A stretch of 42,220 bases of DNA from Cyanobacteria bacterium P01_H01_bin.35 (lineage in GTDB: Bacteria; Cyanobacteriota; Cyanobacteriia; Cyanobacteriales; Microcoleaceae), in NCBI GenBank assembly GCA_038747755.1, contig JBCDJM010000029.1:1-42220 (forward strand). Reading direction: 5' to 3'. The translations under genes and the position numbers were made by a program. Of the stretch, positions 34,689 through 42,220 are shown one piece after another. The notes beneath the pieces were generated by a model, which worked only from the letters and a program-made list of their open reading frames with translations, had not been told where the DNA came from and did no database searches. Numbering within the stretch: position 1 is the stretch's first letter; every line of letters begins with the position of its first letter.

Positions 34689-35627
34689 ATGAACAAATCT
34701 TATGAACAACAAAATCCCATTTTTATTGTAGGAATGCCGAGATCTGGCACGACTTTAATACGTACTTTGTTATCGGCACATCCTCATATTACTATTTCAC
34801 CAGAAACTCACTTTATCAAAAATTGGTTCAAACCATATCGACATTTAGATTTGAATCAACCAGAGCAATGGGAAAATTTTTGGCAAGCTCTCAGCTATAG
34901 CGAGATATTTAAATCTTTGGGATTGGATACCGGAAAAACCCAGGCAAATCTTTTAGCCCTGGATAATATTAACCATAAAAATGTATTTACTGTGCTTCTC
35001 CAATCTTATGCTAGGAAAATGCAAAAACAAAGATGGGGAGAAAAAACACCAGATCATTACCAATATTTAGATATTTTATTCAGATGGTATCCTGATGCAA
35101 AAGTCATTTGGATGTTGCGAGATCCTCGTGCAGTAAGTGCTTCTTTAATAACTAAAAAATGGGCTAGCTCTTATATAGATGTTCATGCTCGTAAATGGTT
35201 TTATAGTATGGAAAAATTTACACAAATATGGTCTAAAGATAGGCGTATTCTGTTGGTTAAATATGAATCATTGGTACGAAAGCCTGAACTGGAAATGTCT
35301 CGTATTTGTAATTTTTTACAAGAAGATTATAGCTCTCTAATAATTTCAGAAAATCAAAAATCTCCCAGCATCTTGGGATTAAAAAGTATTATTGATGAAT
35401 CTGTTCAAGAAGTTTTAAATCCAGTTCATCAAACAGCATTAGAAAAGTGGAAGACAAATTTATCTGCTTATCAAATTGGTGTTGTAGAACATTTTACTAG
35501 AAATGAAATGTTAGAACAGGGATATAAACCTATTACTAATAAATTAAGTAGGTTACAATCTCTGCAACTTTTTCTAATTTTGAATTTACGGAAACTCAAA
35601 AATAACATGAAAAATATGAGGATTTAA
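34689..35627 (+). CDS. Sulfotransferase (PAPS-dependent)
   Basis: The 5'-PSB loop is IFIVGMPRSGTTLIRTLL and the 3'-PB region is VIWMLRDPRAVSASL. Length is 312 aa. Confidence 0.8.
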   Translation: MNKSYEQQNPIFIVGMPRSGTTLIRTLLSAHPHITISPETHFIKNWFKPYRHLDLNQPEQWENFWQALSYSEIFKSLGLDTGKTQANLLALDNINHKNVFTVLLQSYARKMQKQRWGEKTPDHYQYLDILFRWYPDAKVIWMLRDPRAVSASLITKKWASSYIDVHARKWFYSMEKFTQIWSKDRRILLVKYESLVRKPELEMSRICNFLQEDYSSLIISENQKSPSILGLKSIIDESVQEVLNPVHQTALEKWKTNLSAYQIGVVEHFTRNEMLEQGYKPITNKLSRLQSLQLFLILNLRKLKNNMKNMRI

Positions 35628-35722
35628 ACTGAGGGTATTTTCGCGATAATAAACTTATATTTTTCTACTTTTATTAGCCTTAAATAATACCTTAAAATAG
35701 CTCGAAAAATTAACATAGTTGT

Positions 35723-37729
35723 ATGATGAATCAAAAAACAGAATTATATCAAAGAGTTGCAGAACTCTCCCCTAGTCAGCGAGCAAAACTATTAAGGAAA
35801 ATTCAGCAATTCAAATCAGATAAATTTCCTCAAGATCGTCAAAGATTAGTAGCTTATATTGTCCCCCAATCTTCTGCTAATAATCTAGAATCTTCTGTAT
35901 TACGAGACTATCTTAAAGTTAAACTACCCAACTATATGATTCCGGCAGGAATTATGTTCCTAGAAGAATTGCCTCGTACTGCTAATGGGAAAATTGACAT
36001 TAAAGCACTACCTGAATTGCAATTAGCAAGCATCAACGCCGATCGCGCAAGCGGAACGGAGTTCTATCGCTCAAGTTTGCCGCAAACTTCAACAGAAAAG
36101 ACGCTGGCTGAAATTTGGAGTCAAGTTTTAGGAATTGACACAATAGGTATTAATGATAATTTCTTTGAGCTAGGAGGAGATTCTATCCTGAGTATTCAGA
36201 TTACGTCTAAAGCACGGGAGGCTGGACTAAGGTTATCTCCCAACCAACTTTTTGAAAAACCTACTATTGCTGAATTAGCTAATGTTGTTAATATTGCCCC
36301 TGAAGCGATCGCGACTCAAAAACCTGTTACCGGAGCAGTGCCACTTACTCCCATTCAGCACTGGTTTTTTGAGCAGGAGATGATTGCCCCACACCACTGG
36401 CATCAAGCAATGTTACTAGAAATGCCTGTTGAGGTAAGCGCGTCTAAGATTCAAGAAGCGATCGCCACTTTATGGACTCACCATGATGCTTTAAGGTTAA
36501 GTTACAACTTTGATTCAACTGGTTGGCAGCAAATCAATAAAAATGAGTCAGAGCGACCATCCCTAGTTCAAATAGACATCTCTGGTTTGAGTGAAGCGGA
36601 ACAAACGGAAGCAGTTGCTAAATACGGTACAGATATTCACAGTGGTATGAATTTTGCTGCTGGTAAACTAATGGAAGTTGCTCATTTTGCCCGTGGTGAA
36701 AATCTATCTAGTTGGCTTCTAATTAGTCTCCATCATTTAGTTGTAGATACAGTTTCTTGGCAAATTTTACATAATGATTTAGAAAGGTTGCTCTTTACAC
36801 AAGTCGGGCAGTTACCAGCAAAAACAACCTCTTTCAAAACTTGGGCAGAGATACTTACTGCTCAAGCACCACAACGAGAGTCTGAAGCAGATTTTTGGTT
36901 GAAGCAAGTTGAGTCGGTATTTATCCGCCTACCGCGAGATTTCTCAGATACTCCAAAATTGACTGAAGCTACTGCACAAACCGTAAATGTGCAACTTGAT
37001 GTTGATGATACTCAAGCTTTACTACGATCTGTGCCAGCTACTTACAATACACAAATTAATGATGTACTACTGACAGCTCTAGCAAAAACATTACTTCAAT
37101 GGAGCGGGGTAAAGGCAGGAAATATTCGGCTCGATCTAGAAGTACACGGTCGCGAGCAAATTGTACCTGAAATAGATTTATCAAAAACAATAGGTTGGTT
37201 TACGATGGTTTATCCATTGAAGTTAGAGTTAAGAGAAAGAGATGAAAATGACGCGCTAGTCAAATCTGTGAAAGAACAAATTCGGGAAATTCCAGACCGT
37301 GGTATTGGTTACGGAATTTTACGTTACTTGGGGGATGAAACTACTCGTCGCCGACTAACTCAGGCACAAAGCTCTGAAATATTATTCAATTATTTAGGTC
37401 AGTCAGATCGTACTACTGGCAAAGAAAGGATCGAGATGATTCCAGATATTTCTGTTGGTCAACTCAGAGATTTGCGTAATAGCCGTAGCTACTTGCTAGA
37501 GATAAATGCTTGGGTTGCTAATGGAAAATTGCAACTTAATTGGATATACGATCACCAAGTATATCAATTAGAGACTATTAGCACAATAGCAAAAAATTAT
37601 ATTAGTACGCTCAAATCTATCATTCTAAAGTGCATAGAATCTGATAACATTAGCTTTACCCCCTCTGACTTTCCTGATGCGGAGCTAAGTCAGACAGAAT
37701 TAGATGAATTTCTTGATAATATTACATAA
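35723..37729 (+). CDS. NRPS fragment: C-terminal part of an A domain (A9-A10) - T - E
   Basis: A 40-aa head is followed by RLVAYIVPQ, LPNYMIPAGIMFLEELP (A9) and NGKIDIKALP (A10). T domain: FFELGGDSILSIQI. E domain: LTPIQHWFFE, HHLVVDTVSW, EVHGRE. The COM-donor-like tail is FTPSDFPDAELSQTELDEFL. Confidence 0.9.
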   Translation: MMNQKTELYQRVAELSPSQRAKLLRKIQQFKSDKFPQDRQRLVAYIVPQSSANNLESSVLRDYLKVKLPNYMIPAGIMFLEELPRTANGKIDIKALPELQLASINADRASGTEFYRSSLPQTSTEKTLAEIWSQVLGIDTIGINDNFFELGGDSILSIQITSKAREAGLRLSPNQLFEKPTIAELANVVNIAPEAIATQKPVTGAVPLTPIQHWFFEQEMIAPHHWHQAMLLEMPVEVSASKIQEAIATLWTHHDALRLSYNFDSTGWQQINKNESERPSLVQIDISGLSEAEQTEAVAKYGTDIHSGMNFAAGKLMEVAHFARGENLSSWLLISLHHLVVDTVSWQILHNDLERLLFTQVGQLPAKTTSFKTWAEILTAQAPQRESEADFWLKQVESVFIRLPRDFSDTPKLTEATAQTVNVQLDVDDTQALLRSVPATYNTQINDVLLTALAKTLLQWSGVKAGNIRLDLEVHGREQIVPEIDLSKTIGWFTMVYPLKLELRERDENDALVKSVKEQIREIPDRGIGYGILRYLGDETTRRRLTQAQSSEILFNYLGQSDRTTGKERIEMIPDISVGQLRDLRNSRSYLLEINAWVANGKLQLNWIYDHQVYQLETISTIAKNYISTLKSIILKCIESDNISFTPSDFPDAELSQTELDEFLDNIT

Positions 37730-37747
37730 TTACATAAAAAACTTGAT

Positions 37748-40255
37748 ATGGAAAAACAAAATATAGAAGCTATATACCCTCTCACCTCTTTGCAACAAGC
37801 ATTTTTATGGCATAGTTTGCAAACTTCTTCCCAAGCAGGGTTACTACATATAAGTTGCGAGCTACACGGAGAAGTAAACCAAGTTATATTAAAGGAAGCT
37901 TGGGAGTTTGTCTTCAGTCTTCATCCAACATTACGCACGTCAGTTCATTGGGAGTCAGTCAAACAACCTCTACAAGTTGTTGGTAAGCAGGTGAAACTGC
38001 CTTGGGTTACACTCGACTGGCAAGGAAAAGAAGATCGAGATTCAGTGTTAGCTGACTTTCTGATTGAAGACCGCAATGAAGGATTCGACCTTACCCAAGC
38101 TCCAATTAGTCGTATAGCTCTAATTCAACTGACCGATCTAGACTATAAATTAATCTGGAGTTGTCACCATCTGATGTTAGATGGTTGGTCAGGAGCAGTA
38201 GCTCTCAATCAAGTATTTGATAGCTATGAAATGTTGCTTCAGGGAGAGTCTCCATCAATAGCAAGACCCCAAACTTATCAAAATTATATCCGTTGGTTAA
38301 AGCAACAAGATGAATCTGCTGCTAGTGACTTCTGGCAAAAAATGTTAGATGGGTTTACCACTCCTACCCCTCTACCAATTTCTCAACCAAGAGAGAAAAA
38401 TTATTCTCAAACAGAAAGTTTATCCATCGCTATTTCAGAAGAAACCACTACTGAAATAGGTAGTTTCTTGCGTTCCCATAGACTAACATTAAACACATTA
38501 ATACAGAGTATATGGGGTTTGTTACTATATGCCTACAGTGGAAAAACAGATGTTCTATTTGGGGCAACAGTATCAGGGCGTCAAGGTTACTTGGCAGGAG
38601 TTGAAACCATTGTTGGTTTGCTGAATAATGTATTACCAATACGACTACAGATTTCTCCAGAAGAAAATATACTTTCTTGGCTAGAAAATTTACAAACTCA
38701 GCAAGCAAAAGCTAGTAAATTTGCATATGCTTCATTAGTTCAGATTCAAACTTGGAGTCAATTATCGAAACCTTTATTTGATAGTCTATTGGTAATTGAA
38801 AATTATCCAATGAAAATAGCTGAATCATGCAAAAGTTTACAAGTAGATAATGTTGAATCAGGTATTATTAGCACTTATGATTTAACCATAATTGTCATAG
38901 CTAGAAATACCTTAACAGTGAAATTATGTTATAAAAATAAGCATTTTGAACCTCAAATCATACAAACTTTACTTGAGCAGTTTGAACAAATTTTAAATAA
39001 TATTATCCAAAACCCATTACAGGCGATCGCCGAAATTGTACCCTTGACTGACTCGGTAATTAGTCAAAATCAGTCTCCGAAAACCATATCCCATACAAAT
39101 TCTTCCCTTAAGCTTAATAGAGAAGAACTAGAAGGCAGTTTTTTTAGTCCACAAAATCCTATGGAACTTAAACTCACTCAAATATGGGAATCTGTTTTGG
39201 GAGTTAGTCCGCTCAATGTTGAAGCAAGTTTCTTTGACTTAGGTGGAAATTCGCTCATGGCAGTACAATTATTTAATCAAATGCAGCAGCAACTTAACTG
39301 TACATTGCCCCTAGCAAGTTTGTTTCAAGCACCTAATGTCCGGAAGTTTGCTCGACTACTTAGTCAGGATCGACCCGTTTCACAATGGTCAAGTCTTGTA
39401 CCAATTCAGTCAAATGGCTCTAAATTACCATTTTTCTTTCATGGAGGTTCAGCAGATGCACTAACATGGGCTAGGTTTTCTCATTTTTTAGGTTCAGACC
39501 AGCCTTTTTATGCTCTACAACGTCCCGAACTCAATGGTGGAGAAATTTCTCAGAATACAGCTGAATCTCTAGCTGAAGCTTGTGTTAAAGAAATACGCAT
39601 GGTACAACCACAGGGACCTTACCTGATCGGAGGACACTGCTTTGGTGGCGCAGTTGCTTTTGAGATCGCCCAGCAACTCCAAGCTCAAGGGGAAGATATT
39701 GCTAGCATTATTTTGATTGACGCTTATTGCCCAAATTCTGTATCTATAAATGCTATTAGTGAATTGCAAACAAAACTTCAACTCGGAGTATTTTGGTTAA
39801 GGAAAAACTATTATTATCATGGCGACTGGAATAAGGTAAAACTTCTACCTCAGAAAGTATGGCAGAAATTAGGAAAAAAGAAAAAACATCACCCAAAAAC
39901 TATAAATACTACAGATACGGATGTCGTTTCTGAAATAGCCAAAAATACTTCTAAACTTGCCAAAACTACTAAACCAAAAATGTCATACGAATATCTATAT
40001 GCTCGTGCTCAACAAGCTAATGAGATTGCCGCAAATAACTATTTACCTCAACCCTATTCAGGAAAAATTAAATTGTTTCGAGCGGAAGTTCAAATGTTAG
40101 ACTGGCAATTTGGTTTCCCACTTGGTTGGCAGAAGGTTAGTAAAGAAGAAATTGAAGTGACAAATATCCCTGGTTTTTTCGGTAACTTATTTAATCAAAA
40201 ATCTGGATTATTGCTCGCCGAACAAGTAAAAAATTATTTGTTGAACCTTTCATAA
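37748..40255 (+). CDS. NRPS termination module without A domain: C - T - TE
   Basis: C domain: IYPLTSLQQAFLWH, HHLMLDGWS. A ~40-aa linker follows. T domain: FFDLGGNSLMAVQL. TE domain: PFFFHGGSADA..., with nucleophile elbow LIGGHCFGGAVA (Cys631, TGC 39638-39640). No A-domain core motifs are present. Confidence 0.9.
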   Translation: MEKQNIEAIYPLTSLQQAFLWHSLQTSSQAGLLHISCELHGEVNQVILKEAWEFVFSLHPTLRTSVHWESVKQPLQVVGKQVKLPWVTLDWQGKEDRDSVLADFLIEDRNEGFDLTQAPISRIALIQLTDLDYKLIWSCHHLMLDGWSGAVALNQVFDSYEMLLQGESPSIARPQTYQNYIRWLKQQDESAASDFWQKMLDGFTTPTPLPISQPREKNYSQTESLSIAISEETTTEIGSFLRSHRLTLNTLIQSIWGLLLYAYSGKTDVLFGATVSGRQGYLAGVETIVGLLNNVLPIRLQISPEENILSWLENLQTQQAKASKFAYASLVQIQTWSQLSKPLFDSLLVIENYPMKIAESCKSLQVDNVESGIISTYDLTIIVIARNTLTVKLCYKNKHFEPQIIQTLLEQFEQILNNIIQNPLQAIAEIVPLTDSVISQNQSPKTISHTNSSLKLNREELEGSFFSPQNPMELKLTQIWESVLGVSPLNVEASFFDLGGNSLMAVQLFNQMQQQLNCTLPLASLFQAPNVRKFARLLSQDRPVSQWSSLVPIQSNGSKLPFFFHGGSADALTWARFSHFLGSDQPFYALQRPELNGGEISQNTAESLAEACVKEIRMVQPQGPYLIGGHCFGGAVAFEIAQQLQAQGEDIASIILIDAYCPNSVSINAISELQTKLQLGVFWLRKNYYYHGDWNKVKLLPQKVWQKLGKKKKHHPKTINTTDTDVVSEIAKNTSKLAKTTKPKMSYEYLYARAQQANEIAANNYLPQPYSGKIKLFRAEVQMLDWQFGFPLGWQKVSKEEIEVTNIPGFFGNLFNQKSGLLLAEQVKNYLLNLS

Positions 40256-40276
40256 ATTCAACAGATAAATTCATAA

Positions 40277-40395
40277 TTTCAAGCCTCTTGCTTCAGCTAG
40301 AGTTACTGATAACTGATAACTGTTAACGCAGTTCCTCCGACAGGAGGCTAACTGTTAACGAAGTTCCTCCGTAGGAGGCTAACTGAAATGACACA
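40277..40395 (+). repeat. Inverted duplicate of the 5' leader plus ATG of the minus-strand NRPS gene, carrying a 2 x 31-32 bp tandem hairpin repeat
   Basis: atttcaagcctcttgcttcagctag..actgataactgataact...aactgaaATGacac matches the reverse complement of 22511-22590 (atttcaagcctcttacttgagctag..actgataact x5 gaaATGgcac). The tandem units are at 40318-40349 and 40350-40380 (aactgttaacgMagttcctccg..aggaggct). Confidence 0.8.
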
Positions 40396-40435
40396 TATCA
40401 CCTAATAACTTTATTATTACTAATTAAGCGAACAT

Positions 40436-40586
40436 CATATTATACCATGTCCGGTTATACCATGTCCGGATAATTAGTGATAAAAAAACTTCTTTCTCCT
40501 GATACATTTTTTTCTCCTGTCTCCTGACTCCTGTCTCCTGACTCCTCCCGAATTATTTATAACTGTTCATCCGGACATGATATTAC
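40436..40586 (-). repeat. MITE-like repeat family A, full copy (left terminus duplicated)
   Basis: tataccatgtccggttataccatgtccggataattagtgataaaaaaa...ctcctgtctcctgactcctgtctcctgactcctcc...tatttataactgttcatccggacatgatatta. Confidence 0.8.
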
Positions 40587-40741
40587 TTAATAACTAAAGT
40601 TTTCAAGAAGTATAGCATTATTTTGATGGGTTGGTATAATCCTGTTCCCAATTGTTAGGCAAGCTGTTGCCTTTCATTACCAATAAATCTCTCCTATAGA
40701 GAAGATTTAGTATTATTTATAAATATTTAACCAAACATAAT

Positions 40742-41827
40742 ATGACTAAAAAAATTATCCAAATTATACCTAGATTACCTTTATATGGAGATGGAGTTGC
40801 TGATTACTCTGTTAAATTATCTGAAACATTACTACAACAATTTGGTATATCAACCGAGTTTATGATTTTTGAACCAGAAGGAGAAATTCGTGAGTTAAAT
40901 AATTTTCATATTCAAAGATTACCTGCTCACAATCCTGATACTTTGATTTCATTATTACCTCAAAGAACTAAAACTGTCATATTACAATATAGTAATTATC
41001 CTTATCTTAAAAGCAAGTTAAAAGCTCCCTTTTGGTTGCTTAAAGCCTTACAATTAGCGATGAATTCTTACCAGATAAAATTAATAGTTATGTTTCACGA
41101 ACTACCAATATTGAAATATAATAGTATCAATGTTTTGAATCCTATACAAAGTATATTATCTTATCAACTAGCAAAATTAGCTGATGTCACAATCACCAAT
41201 AATGCTAAAATTCAATCAACTTTATCACAATGGTTAAATAAACCAGTTACCTCAATTCCTAACTTTTCAACTATCGGTGAACCTAATTGTATTCGACCCT
41301 TAAAAGAACGAAAATATCGAATAGTTGTATTTGGTACTACTCATAACCGTTCAAGAATTTATGGAAAATATTTCAATCTTCTCTTATTAACTTGTAAAAA
41401 ATTAGGCATTAGAGAAATTTACGATATAGGTCAGACAATCAATATTAATCGGGATAGATTATCAGGAATACATTTAGTTCAGATGGGAAAACAACCCCCA
41501 GAAGTAGTAAGTGATATTCTTTTATCTTCAACACTAGGATTTTTAGATTATAGTTGGTATCCTGGCTGTCTGGGAAAATCAACTGTCTTTGCTGCTTTTT
41601 CTGCTCATGGTTTAGTAACTATCTTAACTAAATATAATCCATCTGAAAGAGATGGAATTTACCTTAATAAGCATTATTTACTTGCCGAAGATTCCTTAAA
41701 TATAATGAATTTGGAAGAATTACAACTTATTGCTAACAACGCTCGTCAATGGTATTCAGGCCATAATTTAATCTCCAATGCTAGAATATTTGCTTCATAT
41801 CTGGACTTTAGGAAAAAAATCAACTAG
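40742..41827 (+). CDS. Putative GT-B fold glycosyltransferase (GT4/GT1-like), weakly supported
   Basis: 361-aa AT-rich ORF. The N-terminus IIQIIPRLPLYGDGVADYSVKLSETL resembles the GT4 N-terminal G-G-x motif region. The C-terminal half GKSTVFAAFSAHGLVTI resembles the acceptor/donor helix, but no clear E-x7-E is present. Confidence 0.4.
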   Translation: MTKKIIQIIPRLPLYGDGVADYSVKLSETLLQQFGISTEFMIFEPEGEIRELNNFHIQRLPAHNPDTLISLLPQRTKTVILQYSNYPYLKSKLKAPFWLLKALQLAMNSYQIKLIVMFHELPILKYNSINVLNPIQSILSYQLAKLADVTITNNAKIQSTLSQWLNKPVTSIPNFSTIGEPNCIRPLKERKYRIVVFGTTHNRSRIYGKYFNLLLLTCKKLGIREIYDIGQTININRDRLSGIHLVQMGKQPPEVVSDILLSSTLGFLDYSWYPGCLGKSTVFAAFSAHGLVTILTKYNPSERDGIYLNKHYLLAEDSLNIMNLEELQLIANNARQWYSGHNLISNARIFASYLDFRKKIN

Positions 41828-41872
41828 AATCAGCTCAATCTTTCATCATAATCTGATCGGGGTTAGAGTTAG

Positions 41873-42220
41873 TTATATCATGTCCGGATGAACAGTAACC
41901 CATCTTGTACCTGTATTTAGAGCATGGTAAACCCATTCTTTGAATTGAACTCGCTTATAATCACTTCTTGAAAAATTAAAAATTATGCCTACATCAATAT
42001 CATGGTCATCTCCTCGAAGGGGTTCTACTCCTGTTGCCAAATCATAACTTCCTTGGTTGAAGAATCGAAATGTAGGCGTAAATCTGGGAAACAACCTTTC
42101 TAAACCACTTTTTAAATTATTAACAATTAAGTCTCTCTTATCGCGTAATGGTTGGCTGTCATCAAAATCTATTTTGATAGTGTCGTGAAATTTATTAAAT
42201 TGAGTTTGTAGATTTGCCAT
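41873..42220 (-). pseudogene. N-terminal fragment of a SMODS/CD-NTase-like nucleotidyltransferase, truncated at a family-A repeat terminus
   Basis: FNQGSYDLATGVEPLRGDDHDIDVGIIF fits the G-S ... D-x-D Pol-beta-type NTase pattern with the helical N-terminus seen in SMODS proteins. The ORF stops after 115 aa. Its last codons (VHPDMI*) are encoded by ttatatcatgtccggatgaacagt (41873-41896), the terminus of repeat family A. The ATG sits at the window edge. Confidence 0.55.

Noticed and set aside
36039-36088. GC-rich patch in the A10-T linker of ORF 35723..37729 (gccgatcgcgcaagcggaacggagttctatcgctcaagtttgccgcaaac) as a third in-frame mini-insertion
   Set aside because: I could not find convincing flanking direct repeats or a clear match to the other repeat families, and NRPS linkers are naturally variable.
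40388-40405. Five-codon ORF (MTHIT*) after the duplicated NRPS leader
   Set aside because: It is too short and is simply the retained ATG of the duplicated leader. I do not call it a gene.

Overview
AT-rich cyanobacterial window. It has many HIP1 GCGATCGC sites, STRR-like heptamer tracts and several MITE-like repeat families, so it is probably a filamentous Nostocales-type genome (inference only). Left third: two paralogous TPR-sulfotransferase fusion genes, a GT2 glycosyltransferase, housekeeping thiC (with TPP riboswitch) and hemC, and an AT-rich orphan gene. It also holds an ABC-ATPase + DUF4435/TOPRIM gene pair that looks like a PARIS (AriA/AriB) anti-phage system, a TetR/SDR pair sharing a 20-bp palindromic operator, and a TnpB-only IS200/IS605-type element. 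Right two thirds (about 16.9-40.3 kb): a divergently organised, apparently orphan NRPS gene cluster. The minus-strand operon is HupE-like membrane protein / ornithine-cyclodeaminase-like / acyl-CoA-dehydrogenase-like / stand-alone adenylating enzyme / carrier protein / C-A-T-E megasynthetase. The plus-strand operon is C-A(N-part) / GT1 glycosyltransferase / methyltransferase / sulfotransferase / A(C-part)-T-E / C-T-TE. The most unusual point is that both A domains are broken at the same A8-A9 loop. One is broken by an in-frame ~338-aa PP-loop (SGGKDS) amidotransferase-like domain. The other is broken by a stop codon, three complete tailoring genes and a restart. In addition, the terminal module has no A domain and its thioesterase has a GHCFG (Cys) nucleophile elbow. 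All functional calls rest on motif recognition by eye; no database search was run.
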